DNA of 64,000 nt from an uncultured Thermoleophilia bacterium (GCA_963702475.1 CAVPCT010000003.1:960001-1024000); one strand, 5' to 3'; shown: positions 50,565 to 63,147, counted from the stretch's first letter. Program-made: numbers and translations. Notes: generated from the letters alone by a model not told the origin.

Positions 50565-51701
50565 GACTGACGGCGCGGGCGGGGCCGTCCGTCGCGAGGC
50601 CGAGATCGTCGGGCGCCGGCTGCGCGCGCAGCGCCTGACCGGCGCCGGCTTCGCCACAGCCGAGGAGGCGGTCGGGAGCCTGCTTGCGGTCCAGGCGCAG
50701 GACTACGGACCCGCGAAGTGGTCGGTCGGCATGCGCACCGCGGGCGCGACGGACGAGCTGGTGGAGCAGGCGTTCGCGAGGGGAGCTCTCCTGCGGACCC
50801 ACGTGCTGCGGCCGACGTGGCACTTCGTGCTGCCGGCCGACATCCGCTGGCTCCTGACGGCGACCGCCCCTCGCATCAGAGCGCGCGACGCGGGGCGGTG
50901 CCGGCAGCTCGGCCTCGACGAGGAGACGTTCGCCCGCAGCGCCCGTCTGCTGGCCGGGGCGCTACGCGGCGGCGAGGCGCTGACCCGTGCCGAGGCCGCG
51001 TCGTCCCTGAAGCGCGGCGGGGTCGACGTCGCAGGCCAGCGCCTGCCGTATCTGCTCATGCACGCAGAGCTCGACGCGCTCATCTGCAGCGGCCCTCGTC
51101 GCGGACCGCAACACACGTACGTGCTGTTCGACGAGCGGGCGCCGGATGCCGTCGACCTGCCGCGTGAGGAGGCTCTGGCCCGCCTGGCCCTTCGGTACTT
51201 CCGCGGTCACGGGCCGGCCACCGAGCGTGACCTGGCCGCGTGGGCGAGCCTGACGCGCGCCGAGGTGCGCCGCGCCCTGGAGGCCGCCGCCGGCGGACTG
51301 GTGCACGAGGAGGTGGGCGGCGCGGTCTACTGGTCGGGCGCCGAGCCGGTGCCGGCCGGCGATGGGACGGCGGACCCCGAAGTGCGCCTGATCCACACGT
51401 ACGACGAGTACATGATGGGGTTCGCGGAATCGCGGCGCCTGCTCACAGCGTCAGGGGAGGGACTGCCCGAGCGGTGGACGCCGCTGGTCCTGCTGAACGG
51501 GCGTGAGGCCGGCTCGTGGCGGCGCACCATCGCCCGCGACGTCCTCGTCGACGTCGTGCTGCGGCGTCCCTTCGACGTGGCGGAGGTCGCGGCGCTGGAG
51601 GCGGAGGTGGCCCGGTTCGGGGGGTTCCTCGGGCTCCCGCCCGCCTGCGCGTGGGATCCGGCGGAACGGACGAGACGGCGGACTGCCGGGGTGGCGAGTG
51701 A
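50557..51701 (+). CDS. AlkZ/HTH_42 family DNA glycosylase. Apparent +1 frameshift near 51638
   Basis: AVQAQD, RTHVLRPTWHFV, YFRGHGPAT..D.A.W, YDEY..G. Confidence 0.85.
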
Positions 51702-52144
51702 ACCGCGTCCGCCTGCTCGCCGCGGTCGCTCCGGTGCTGCTCGTCGCGCTCGCGGCCTGCGGCGCCGCGGGTGGCGGCGCGGGTGGCGGCGCCGTCGGCA
51801 GCCCGACCGACGGCGACGCCGCGCTCGCGCGGGCCTTCGACGCTCAGGCGAGCGACCTCGAGGTCGAGGGCCGGGGTACGGTGGTCCGGCTCCTCGCGGA
51901 CGACGACGAGGGCGCCCGGCACCAGCGCTTCATCCTGCGCCTGGACTCCGGGCAGACGCTGCTGGTCGCGCACAATACCGACGTCGCCCCACGCGTCGAG
52001 GGACTCGCCGTGGGCGACGTGGTCGCGTTCCGCGGGGTGTACGAGTGGAGCGCCGAGGGCGGGACCGTTCACTGGACGCACCACGATCCCGGCGGCGTGC
52101 ACGCCGCCGGCTGGCTGCGCCGCGACGGCCGCGTGTACGAGTGA
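51698..52144 (+). CDS. DUF3465-like lipoprotein
   Basis: Lipobox LAAC, LADDDEGARHQRFI, AHN.D, GVYEW, HWTHHDP. Confidence 0.8.
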   Translation: MNRVRLLAAVAPVLLVALAACGAAGGGAGGGAVGSPTDGDAALARAFDAQASDLEVEGRGTVVRLLADDDEGARHQRFILRLDSGQTLLVAHNTDVAPRVEGLAVGDVVAFRGVYEWSAEGGTVHWTHHDPGGVHAAGWLRRDGRVYE

Positions 52145-52203
52145 GGGTCGCCGGCGCTTGGTGACGCCGCGGCCCACGCTGCGCCGCTCGCGCCGCCCGG
52201 CGG

Positions 52204-52977
52204 TCAGCCGTCGCGCGCGCCGAGGGCCGCGGCCGCACCGTCGCGCAGGTACTGCGCCAGACCCGGCCGCACGCCGTCGAACGTCGCCGCGAAGCGCGGG
52301 TCGGCGACGTACATCTCGCCGAGCGCGGCGTGCATCTCGCGCGAGCAGGGGTAGAACCAGCGGTCGATGAGCTGCCGGTGGCGCTCGACCGCCGCAAGCG
52401 CGCGCGGCTCGCCGGGCTGGACGTGCTCGTCCATCAGTGCGGCCAGGGCCGCGCTGACCTCATCGCTCTCCTGCTTGAAGCGGACCCGATCATCCGGTGG
52501 GTAGGCCTTCGTCCGCCGCCGCGACTCCCGGTACGCGTCGGTATTGCCCCAGCGCCTCCGGGTCTCGTCCTCGTAGGCCGCGGGGTCGAAGTCACCGAAG
52601 ACCTCGAACATCTCACGCTGCTCCATGTCGTGTTCCTTGCTTCAGCCTCGCGAGCGTCTCGTCGACGAGGGCGATCATCGCCGCCAGCCTGGCGGCGCGC
52701 GATCAGCAGGTCCCGCTGTCGCGCCAGCATTCCCGCGCGGTCGAGGCCGGGCTTCGCCAGGTCCTCGGCGATCTCGCGCAGCCCGAGGCCCGTCTCGCGG
52801 TAGAGCAGGATCTGCTGCAGGCGCTCCAGGTCGTTCCGCGAGTAGTGGCGATACCCCGCCTCGCTCCGTGAAGACGGCACTCAGAAGACCGATGCGGTCG
52901 TGGTGATGCAGCGTGCGCACGCTGACGTGCGCCAGTCTGGCCACCTCACCCACGCTGAACCCCGTCTCGTCGTCCAT
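52204..52977 (-). CDS. TipA-type MerR regulator (MerR HTH plus TipAS domain). About three apparent +1 frameshifts
   Basis: SVGEVARLAHVSVRTLHH.D.IGL, GYRHY, then E..RRWG.T.AY.ES, GEMYVADPRF spread over frames. Confidence 0.8.
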
Positions 52978-52983
52978 GACGGG

Positions 52984-53014
52984 AGGGTAGACCCTGACGC
53001 ACTGTGAGGGGCAA
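52984..53014 (-). promoter_or_regulatory. MerR-type promoter with 19-bp spacer and tipA-like dyad
   Basis: TTGCCC-19 nt-TACCCT with CCTCAC-N5-GTCAGG. The -10 box lies 6 nt before the ATG. Confidence 0.75.
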
Positions 53015-53100
53015 GTGCGGTTGCGAGACGACCGGCGCAACGAGGGCGAGCGGGCTGCGGTAGACTCGCCGTCAGGAAAGCGGACGACGGAGGGCTCACC

Positions 53101-54310
<1,210 letters not shown>

Positions 54311-54520
54311 CACGCGCGGGCGGCGACCGTCCGCTGCACGGACGGCGCGCCGCCGACCGGCCTCGTCACGAGGGGATCCGGCCTTGAGCGCACGGCACTT
54401 GAACTCCACGGGCAAGGTCGTACCATGTCAACCAGGACATGGACGGGCGGGCGAGGGGTCCTGCCACGTGGCGGCGCCGGCCGCCGGGGAGGTGCCACCA
54501 TGATGGGGCTTCGGGGGGCG

Positions 54521-56544
54521 ATGCGTCCGTTGGACCTCGCCGGGCGTTGCGTGCGCGGTCCTCGCACTCGTCCTGCTGCTGGTGCAGGGCGCCGGCCCAG
54601 CTGCGGCGCGGCCGGCACAGTGGGCCGGGGAGGAGGCGAGAGTGTCCGCGTCGGGTCCGCCGGCGCCCCGGACGACCTTCAAGGTGGATCGCCTGGACTC
54701 CGCCCTCGCCGAACTGGCCGCCGTCGCGAAGGGGCGGGGGTCCGCGGCGGCCGCGCGGTTCGGAGCCAGCCGCGACCTGGCGTTGGCCGGCGGCCGTGTG
54801 CTCGTCAGCATCGAGGCCAGGGATCGGCGGCCCGGATCCGTGGCGCTCGTGCGCCGGGCCGTCGCCGGATGCGGCGGCGACGTGCTGGCGGTGTACCGCG
54901 AGCTGGTGTCCGCACGCGTGCCGGCCGGAGGGCTCAGGCGCCTCGCCGCGGCGCAGGGCGTGCGCGCGGTGCGCGTGCCGGATCGCGCCGTGGCCGAAGC
55001 CGTCAGTGAAGGCGTCGCCGACATGGCTGCCGGCGTGTGGGCCGCTGCCGGGTTCGACGGCCGCGGCGTCAGGGTCGGCATCATCGACGCCGGCTTCAAG
55101 GGCTATCAGGGGCTGCTCGGCTCGGAGTTGCCGGATGACGTCACGATCTGGGGGCAGGGCTCGGGCGGTGTCGAGGGCGGCACCGACACCGACACGCACG
55201 GCACGTCGGTCGCAGAGGTGATCCATGATGTAGCTCCCGGAGCCGAGCTCTACTTCGCGCGCGCCCGGGGCACTGAGGAGTTCGGCCTCGCCGTGGACTG
55301 GATGCTGGCTTCAGGGTGTCGAGGTCATCAATCACTCGATGTCGCGCTTCGGCTGGGGCAACAGCGGCACCGGGCCGGTCAACGAGATCGTCAGCGGCGC
55401 AGTCGCCGGCGACGTCTTCTGGGCGAACAGCGCCGGCAACTACCGGCGCGCTCACTGGAAAGGGGACTTCGCCGACCCTGACGGCGACTCCTGGCTGGAT
55501 TGGGACGGAGTGCCGGGGCACGACGTCAACACCTTCATCGTCCGCGAGGGCACCGACATCACGGGATACCTCTGGTGGGACGATTCGTGGGCGGCTCCTG
55601 TGCAGGACTACGAGCTGCTGCTGATGCGCTGGGACGGCACGCGATGGGTCGAGCTCGCCAGGTCCACCAACGACCAGTCGGGACTCCAGGGCCAGCGGCC
55701 CTACGAGCTAGTCTACGTCGCTTCGGCCCCTGCATGGACGCACTACGCCTGGATGATCTTCCGGGCGGCGGCCTCGCGCACCGACGTGGACTTCGACCTC
55801 GTCTGCCCGGACATCTACCTCGACAGCTCCAACAACACGTGGGCCCACTACTACGTCCACGAGCGGTCCATCGGCTCGCCTGCCGACAACGCTTCCGCCG
55901 GGTTCATGCCGGTCGCGGCTGTGCTGAGAGGGCCCGGCTTCGCGGTGGCGGACTACAGCTCGCAGGGTCCGACGCGCGACGGCCGCCTGGCGCCGGAGGT
56001 GTCGGGGCCGACCTATGTCACCAACGTGTCCGATCCCACGCCGCCGTTCGCCGGCACGTCGGCCGCGAGCCCGCACATCGCCGGGCTCGCCGCGATCCTG
56101 CGGCAGGCGTACCCGTCGTACTCGGCGGCGCAGATCGAGGAACTCATCAAGGCCGGGGCGTTGGATCTCGGCGTGGCCGGCCCGGACACCGTGTACGGCT
56201 GGGGCCGGGTCCTGCTGCCGGCGGTGCCGGCAGACACCACGCCGCCGACGACCACGGCGCAGCCCGCCCGGGTGAAGAGAGGGCAGACGGCCGCACTGGA
56301 CTACCGCGTCGACGACCCGGGCTTCAGCGCCGGTCCGGCGACCGTGACCATCGTCATCCGGAACAGCAAGGGCAAGGTCGTCAAGAAGCTCGGTCCGTTC
56401 GCGGAGAACCTGATGTGCGTGGACTACGCGTGGCAGTTCACCTGCAGACTGGCCAAAGGCACGTACCAGTTCTCCGTCCTGGCCACCGACGCCGCGGGGA
56501 ACGCGGCGATCCAGGTCGGCAGCGCCAAGCTGGTGGTGAAGTAG
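54521..56544 (+). CDS. Secreted S8 subtilase with the conserved basic C-terminal domain. Apparent +1 frameshifts near 54527 and 55313
   Basis: Catalytic IIDAG, HGTSVAE, SAGN, GTSAASPH. Signal peptide recovered after frame correction. Confidence 0.82.
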
Positions 56545-56726
56545 CGGGCAGCCGAGCTCGGAGGCTCGCGATCCCGGGGATGCCCTGTGCGGGCGTGAGG
56601 TCATCGCCTGCCCGCCTGTGCGTCCGGCGCGGCCGCGTTGCCCGCCGCGCCGCCGCGGCATACACTTCTACGTTCCGAGCGCAGCCAGCCGCCCGACCGA
56701 TTCCGGGCGCCCCAAGGAGGACACGC

Positions 56727-57732
56727 ATGTACTACGACAAGGACGCCGACCTCTCCCTGATCCAGAGCAAGACCGTGGCCATCATCGGCTTCGGCAGCCA
56801 GGGCCACGCGCACGCGCAGAACCTGCGCGACAGCGGCGTCACCGTGGTGATCAGTGAGCTGAAGGGCACTCCCAACGGCGAGCGCGCCGAGAAGGCGGGC
56901 TTCGAGGTGCTGGACGCGGCCGAGGCCACCAGGCGGGCCGACGTGGTCATGATGCTCGTGCCCGACCAGACGCAGGCCGTCGTCTACAAGAACGACGTGG
57001 CGTCCGAACCTCAAGGACGGCGCCACGCTCATGTTCGCGCACGGCTTCAACATCCACTTCGGGCAGATCGTGCCGCCCAAGTCGGTGGACGTGAGCATGG
57101 TCGCGCCCAAGGGTCCCGGCCATCTCGTGCGTCGCCAGTACGAAGAGGGCAAGGGCGTGCCGGTCGCGATCGCCGTGTATCAGGACGCCAGCGGCAAGGC
57201 CATGCAGCAGGCGCTGGCCTACGCCGCCGGCATCGGCGGCCTGCGCGCCGGCGGCCTCGAGACCACCTTCGCCGAGGAGACAGAGACCGACCTCTTCGGC
57301 GAGCAGGCCGTGCTCTGTGGCGGGTGCACCGAGCTCGTCACCGCCGCCTTCGACACGCTGGTGGAGGCCGGCTACCAGCCGGAGGTCGCCTACTTCGAGT
57401 GCCTGCACGAGCTCAAGCTCATCGTCGACCTGATGCAGGAGAAGGGCATCGCCGGCATGCGCTACAGCATCAGCGACACGGCGGAGTACGGCGACCTCAC
57501 GCGCGGCCCGCGGGTCATCGACGAGCACGTGCGTGAGACCATGCGCGAGATCCTCGCCGAGGTCCAGAGCGGCGAGTTCGCGCGCGAGTGGATCCTCGAG
57601 AACCAGGCCAACCGGCCGGTGTTCAACGCGCTGCAGCGCCAGGGCAAGGAGCACCTCATCGAGACTGTGGGCAAGGAGCTCCGCGGCATGATGAGCTGGA
57701 TCGACGAGGGCGGCCTGGACATCGACGTCTGA
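56727..57732 (+). CDS. ilvC: Ketol-acid reductoisomerase. Apparent +1 frameshift near 57003
   Basis: [39 protein letters not shown]. Confidence 0.93.
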
Positions 57733-57751
57733 GGCTCGCCCGGGCGGAGCG

Positions 57752-57792
57752 ACGGGGCGGCGGGGAGCCGAAAGCGCTCCCCGCCGCCCCGT
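57752..57792. terminator. GC-rich hairpin with GAAA loop between convergent genes
   Basis: CGGGGCGGCGGGGAGC...GCTCCCCGCCGCCCCG. Confidence 0.7.
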
Positions 57793-57816
57793 GCTCGTTC
57801 CGCTCCCGATCCCGCC

Positions 57817-58224
57817 TTACGCGGCGTTGCGAAGCGCCTCCGCGATGTCCGGCGCGATGGCGAGCGTGTTGCCCTCGCTGTCCTTGAAGAACGCGCCCTT
57901 GTTGCCGCCCATGTCGACGATGCCGTTCACCGTCTTGAGGCCCGGCAGGTCGTACTCCTCGAACGTGACGCCCCGCTCGCGGAGCTCTCGGACCGCCTCT
58001 TCGACGTCCGGCACCGAGAACGAGGCGACGGTGTTCTCGCCGCGCCTGAACTCGGTCTTGTACAGGAAGATGTAGCTGCTCGAGCCGGCCTGGACGACCG
58101 CGCTGTCGGGGTAGTCGTCCGACTTGCGGACCTCGAAGCCGAGCTTGTCACGGTAGAACGTCGTCGCGCGCTCGAGGTCGTCGACGGCGAGTACCGGCAT
58201 GATCGATGAATCCCTGAAGCTCAT
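57817..58224 (-). CDS. VOC/glyoxalase family protein
   Basis: VDDLERATTFYRDKLGF, FFKDSEGN. Confidence 0.88.
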   Translation of the reverse strand: MSFRDSSIMPVLAVDDLERATTFYRDKLGFEVRKSDDYPDSAVVQAGSSSYIFLYKTEFRRGENTVASFSVPDVEEAVRELRERGVTFEEYDLPGLKTVNGIVDMGGNKGAFFKDSEGNTLAIAPDIAEALRNAA

Positions 58225-58464
58225 GGTCACTCCTCTGCTATGGGACGGACGGAGTGTTCCCCGGGCCACCGGCCGTCAAGCCGTCGCGCATCCGTGCGGC
58301 GGGCAGGGAGCGACCATGGGCGCCGCACGGGCCGCGTGCAGTGGACGCTGACCGTAGCGGTGGTCTAGCCTTGCGGGGAGGCGGCGCCGTCGTGGGCACC
58401 GCCGGGACGTGGACGCAACGGACACACGGCGCCCGGTGACGGGCGCCGTCACCGGGGGGCTGGG

Positions 58465-60015
58465 ATGAGCGCGACACAGAGGGTCTTGCTGCTGGGAGAC
58501 GTGGCGTCCGAGGGCGCCGTAGCGCTGGCCGGGGCCGGGGTGACGGTCGATGAGGGCGGCGCCTGGAGCGGCGCGCAGGTCCTCGCCCGCCTCGCGGAGT
58601 ACGACGCGCTCATCGTGGGCCCCCGCGAACCTGTGTCCGCGGCGCTGCTCCAGGCCGGCGTCCGGCTGCGCGTGGTCGGACGGGCCGGCGTCGACGTCGA
58701 GGGCATCGACGTGGACGAGGCCACACGGCGCGGGATCATCGTCGTGCACGCTCCGGGCAGCGACGTCGCCGCGCGCGCCGAGCTCTCGCTGGCGATGCTG
58801 CTCGCCTGCGCCCGGGGCGTGGCGCGGACGGACGCCGGGCTGCGCGCCGGCGAGGCGTCCGGCGCGCCCGAGGCCGTCGAGCTCCGCGGCAGGACGCTCG
58901 GGCTAGCCGGCCTCGACGGCTGCTCGGAGGCGCTGGCCGAGGCGGCGCAGGGGTTGCGCATGGCCGTCGTGGCCTGCGGCGCCCGCGATACCGCGCCGCC
59001 GGCACTGGCGGCCGACCTCGTGACCGCCGGTGATGTGTACGCCGCGTCCGACTTCATCGTCGCGGCCGCAGGCGCGGGCGTGCTCGGCGACGAGGCGTTC
59101 TCCGCGATGAAGCCCGGCGTGCGCCTGGTTGTGCCGGGCGCCGTCATCGACACGCCGGCCCTGGCGCGGGCGCTCGCGAACGGCCGCGTGGCCGCCGCGG
59201 CCGTCGGCGTCGGGCTCGGCGACCACGAGGTCGTGCGCGCGCTCGCCGGCCTCGCCGGCGTGACGTTCTACGACGTCGCCGGCGGCTCGACGCGCGACGC
59301 GCGCGTGCGCGCGGCTACCGCCGTGGCCGAGGCCGTCGCGGCCGCGCTCTGCGGCGGCTTCCCCGCCGGCGCCGTCAACGTACCGGTGGCGGCCGGCGAC
59401 GACGCCGCCGAGCTCATGCCCTACGTCGGCCTCTGCGACCGGCTGGGCCGCCTGCTCGTGCAGCTCTCGGGCGGCCCCGTCGGCGCCGTCGACATCACCT
59501 ACGGCGGCAGCGTGGCGTACTTCGACACCGGGCTGCTCACGCTGGGCGTGCTCGGGGGCGTGCTCTCCGGGCGCGTCGAGGGGCCCGTGAACTTCGTGAA
59601 CGCCCAGGACCACGCCCGGGCGCTGGGCGTGACCGCCACCGAGCACCGGCAGTCGGACATCCCCGACTTCCCACGCCTCATCACAGTGAGCGCCGGCGAC
59701 GTCTCCGTCTCCGGCACGTCGCTGGGACCCGAGCACAAACCGCGGCTGGTGCGCGTGTTCGGGGAGGACGTGGACATCGAGCCGGCGCCGCTCATGGCCT
59801 TTCTGCGGTACCACGACGCCGCCGGCATCGGCGGCAAAGTCGGCACGCTCCTCGGAGAGTGGCGCGTCAACATCGCCCACATGTCCGTCGGGCGCGGCCG
59901 CCGCGGCGACGAGGCCGTCATGGCGCTCACGCTCGACCAGCCGCTGACGCCGGCCCAGGCCGCCGACCTGGTGCTGCGCTGCGGCCTGCTCTACGCGCGT
60001 TCGGTCGAGCTGTAG
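58465..60015 (+). CDS. SerA paralog with degenerate catalytic domain and conserved ASB/ACT domains
   Basis: Collinear with serA at 61543 but lacks GxGxxG and the catalytic Arg/Glu/His motifs. Confidence 0.8.
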   Translation: MSATQRVLLLGDVASEGAVALAGAGVTVDEGGAWSGAQVLARLAEYDALIVGPREPVSAALLQAGVRLRVVGRAGVDVEGIDVDEATRRGIIVVHAPGSDVAARAELSLAMLLACARGVARTDAGLRAGEASGAPEAVELRGRTLGLAGLDGCSEALAEAAQGLRMAVVACGARDTAPPALAADLVTAGDVYAASDFIVAAAGAGVLGDEAFSAMKPGVRLVVPGAVIDTPALARALANGRVAAAAVGVGLGDHEVVRALAGLAGVTFYDVAGGSTRDARVRAATAVAEAVAAALCGGFPAGAVNVPVAAGDDAAELMPYVGLCDRLGRLLVQLSGGPVGAVDITYGGSVAYFDTGLLTLGVLGGVLSGRVEGPVNFVNAQDHARALGVTATEHRQSDIPDFPRLITVSAGDVSVSGTSLGPEHKPRLVRVFGEDVDIEPAPLMAFLRYHDAAGIGGKVGTLLGEWRVNIAHMSVGRGRRGDEAVMALTLDQPLTPAQAADLVLRCGLLYARSVEL

Positions 60016-60140
60016 CGGCCGCGACCCCGTGCGGCCACTCGCCGGCGCGGGCTGTGAATCCCGTCACTACCGGGTGGACACCGTCGCTACGGTCGGGTAA
60101 AGTGCCCGCCATGCGTGAGTCCAGACATCGCCCGTCGTGA

Positions 60141-60187
60141 CGGCTGGAGCGGGCGGGGCAGTGAAGCTGCCCCGCCCGCTCCAGCCG
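60141..60187 (+). terminator. Perfect GC-rich hairpin
   Basis: CGGCTGGAGCGGGCGGGGCAG / CTGCCCCGCCCGCTCCAGCCG. Confidence 0.7.
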
Positions 60188-60370
60188 GCTCCCGCACCTC
60201 ACCACGAAGCTCCCCTCCGCCTGCGGCCGGTGCGCCTCTTGCCGCGCCTCACCATCCATCGATCGCCCTTGTGACGCTTCCCTGCGGCCTGTAGACTGCC
60301 GCCTTTCCGCTTCGTCCTCGCCGGCGATCCACCAGGATGTGGGCGCCGCTGTCACAAGAAAGGACCACCG

Positions 60371-61532
60371 ATGCAGAAGCGCTTCCTCATCACTCCGGGC
60401 CCTACTCCCGTGCCGCCCGAGGTGCTCTCCGCCCTCGCCGAGCCGGTCATCCACCACCGTGCACCGCGGTTCACCGAGATCCTCAAGCAGGTCGTCGCGG
60501 GGATGAAGTACATCTACCAGACGCAGAACGACATCATGGTGTACGCCGCCAGCGGGACCGGCGCCATGGAAGCCGCCGTCACCAACGTCGTGAACCCGGG
60601 CGACCACGTGCTCGTCGCGTCCGTCGGCAATTTCGGCGAGCGCTGGAAGAAACTCAACGCCAACTGGGGCGCCGAGGTGACCGCCCTCGACTACGCGTGG
60701 GGCACCCAGGCCGTGCCGGCCGACATCGAGAAGGCGCTCGCCGCCGACCCGGCCATCAAGGCCGTGTTCGTGCAGCACAGTGAGACGTCCACCGGCGTCG
60801 TCAACGACATAGAGGCCATCGGCGACGATCGTCGCCAGGACGCCGGCGATCCTCGTGGTCGACGCTATCAGCGGCCTCGGCGCCAGCGATCTCAAGACCG
60901 ACGCGTGGCACGTGGACATCTGCGTCTCCGGCTCTCAGAAGGCCCTCATGGTGCCGCCGGGCCTCGCCTACGCGGCCGTGAGCGACAAGGCGTGGGCCGT
61001 GATCGAGCAGTGCACCACGCCGCGCTTCTACTTCGATTTCGTCGCCATGCGCAAGAAGATGACCGGCGACTCCGCCCAGACCCCGTACACCCCGGCCGTG
61101 AACCTCATGGTCGCGCAGAACGCCGCCATCGACCTGATCAAGGAAGAGGGCCTCGAGAACGTGTTCGAGCGACATCGGGTGCTCGGCAAGGCCGCCCGTG
61201 AGGGCGTCAAGGCGCTCGGTCTCGAGCTGTTCGCCGTCGAGGACCCCGAGGCCAACTCCGTGACCTCCGTCAAGGTGCCCGAGGGCGTGGACGGCGGCAA
61301 GATCGGCAAGATCGCCCGCGACAAGTACGGCGTGTGGCTGGCCGGCGGCCAGGGCGAGGTCAAGGGCAAGATCTTCCGCTTCGGCCACTGCGGCTACTTC
61401 GGCCACAGCGACATCGTCGTGGGCCTCAGCACCGTCGAGATGGTCCTCGCCGAGCTCGGGTACGACGTCAAGTGGGGCGCCTCCGTCGGCGCCGCGGAAC
61501 AGGTGTTCATGACGAGCACCGTCATGCTGTGA
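60371..61532 (+). CDS. Class V aminotransferase (alanine-glyoxylate/phosphoserine aminotransferase-like). Apparent +1 frameshift near 60826
   Basis: TPGPTPVP, SGTGAMEAA, HSETSTG, VDAISG, GSQKAL. Directly upstream of serA. Confidence 0.88.
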
Positions 61533-61542
61533 GGGCTGACGA

Positions 61543-63147
61543 ATGAGCGCTGAACAGAAGAAGGTCCTCGTCAAAGAGAAGCTCGCCCCCGAGGGTGTGA
61601 AGTTCCTCGAGGACCGGGGCTTCCAGGTCGACATCGGCACGGAGTGGGACGCCGACGAGCTGCTCGCCCGGATCCCTGAGTACCACGGCCTCATCATCCG
61701 CTCGGCCACGAAGGTGACGGCCGACGTGATCCAGGCCGGCGCGAACCTGCAGGTGGTGGGCCGCGCCGGTGTGGGCGTCGACAACGTCGACGTCAAGGAG
61801 GCCTCCAGGCGCGGCGTCATCGTCGTCAACGCGCCGCAGAGCAACGTGCTCAGCGCCGCCGAGCAGACGATCGCCCTGCTCATGGCCAGCGCCCGCAACC
61901 TCGCCCAGGCGCACGCCGACCTCAAGGCCGGCGAGTGGAACAAGGGCAAGTGGGGCAAGGGCGGCGTCGAGGTGCGCGGCAAGACGCTGGGCATCATCGG
62001 CCTCGGCCGCATCGGCTTCCTCGTCGCCGAGGACGCTCGCGGCCTCGGCATGGACGTGCTCGCCTACGACCCGTTCGTGCCGGCGGAGAAGTTCCACGAG
62101 CTGGGGCTCGAGCGTGCCGACAGCCCGGACAAGATCTACCGTGAGGCCGACTTCATCACGGTGCACCTGCCCAAGAACGCCGAGACCCTCGGCTTCATCG
62201 GCGACGACGAGTTCGCCAAGATGAAGGACGGCGTGCGCGTCATCAACGTGGCGCGCGGCGGCATCATCGACGAAGAGGCCTGGGCGCGCGCCATCGAGAG
62301 CGGCAAGGTGGCCGCCTCCGCCGTGGACGTGTACCCCAAGGAGCCCACCACCGAGAGCCCGCTGTTCAAGTACGACAGCGTGGTGTGCACGCCGCACCTC
62401 GGCGCCAGCACGGTGGAGGCGCAGCTCCGCGCCGGCATGATCATCGCCGAGCAGGTCGCGGCGGTGCTCAGCGGCCAGTTCGCCAGCAACGCCGTCAACA
62501 TCCCGCTGGCGCCCGGCGAAGACGCCGACGAGCTCATGCCGTTCCTCGGCCTCGCCGAGCAGCTCGGCAAGCTCATCGTGCAGATCGCCGAGGGCCCCGT
62601 GGACACGTTCGAGGTGGCCTACGGCGGCGGCATCGCCCGCTACGACACCAAGATCCTCACGCTCGGCGTGCTGCAGGGTATCCTCGCCGACAAGGTCGAC
62701 GGCCCGGTGAACTTCGTCAACGTGCAGGGCATCGCCGACGAGCGCGGCATCAGCGCCAAGGAGACCAAGCAGCCGGCCGCCGTGGACTTCCTGAACCTGA
62801 TCACGGTGACCACGTACGACAAGGAGCGCGAGCTCTCCGTGTCGGGCACCACGCTCGGGCCGAAGCACAGGCCGCGCCTCGTCAAGGTCTACCGCCAGGA
62901 TGTGGACATCGAGCCGGCGCCGCACATGGTGTTCTTCCGCTACGCCGACGTGCCCGGCATGATCGGCAAGATCGGCACCAAGCTCGGTGAGTTCGGCATC
63001 AACATAGGGCAGATGGCCGTGGGCCGCGAGGTCAAGGACCAGAAGGCCGTGATGGCGCTCACCGTCGACGATCCCATCACGCCGGAGCAGCTGCAGGAGA
63101 TGGTCGCCAGCTGCGGCCTCGCCGACGGGCACCGCGCGGAGCTCTGA
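61543..63147 (+). CDS. serA: D-3-phosphoglycerate dehydrogenase (type I, ASB plus ACT)
   Basis: RAGVGVDNVD, GLGRIG, NVARGG, DVYPKEP, PHLGAST, C-terminal ACT. Confidence 0.95.
   Translation: MSAEQKKVLVKEKLAPEGVKFLEDRGFQVDIGTEWDADELLARIPEYHGLIIRSATKVTADVIQAGANLQVVGRAGVGVDNVDVKEASRRGVIVVNAPQSNVLSAAEQTIALLMASARNLAQAHADLKAGEWNKGKWGKGGVEVRGKTLGIIGLGRIGFLVAEDARGLGMDVLAYDPFVPAEKFHELGLERADSPDKIYREADFITVHLPKNAETLGFIGDDEFAKMKDGVRVINVARGGIIDEEAWARAIESGKVAASAVDVYPKEPTTESPLFKYDSVVCTPHLGASTVEAQLRAGMIIAEQVAAVLSGQFASNAVNIPLAPGEDADELMPFLGLAEQLGKLIVQIAEGPVDTFEVAYGGGIARYDTKILTLGVLQGILADKVDGPVNFVNVQGIADERGISAKETKQPAAVDFLNLITVTTYDKERELSVSGTTLGPKHRPRLVKVYRQDVDIEPAPHMVFFRYADVPGMIGKIGTKLGEFGINIGQMAVGREVKDQKAVMALTVDDPITPEQLQEMVASCGLADGHRAEL

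Noticed and set aside
60050-60085. c-di-AMP (ydaO) riboswitch-like words GTGAATC / CCCGTCA
   Set aside because: Only fragments match, the spacing is wrong and the rest of the aptamer is absent.
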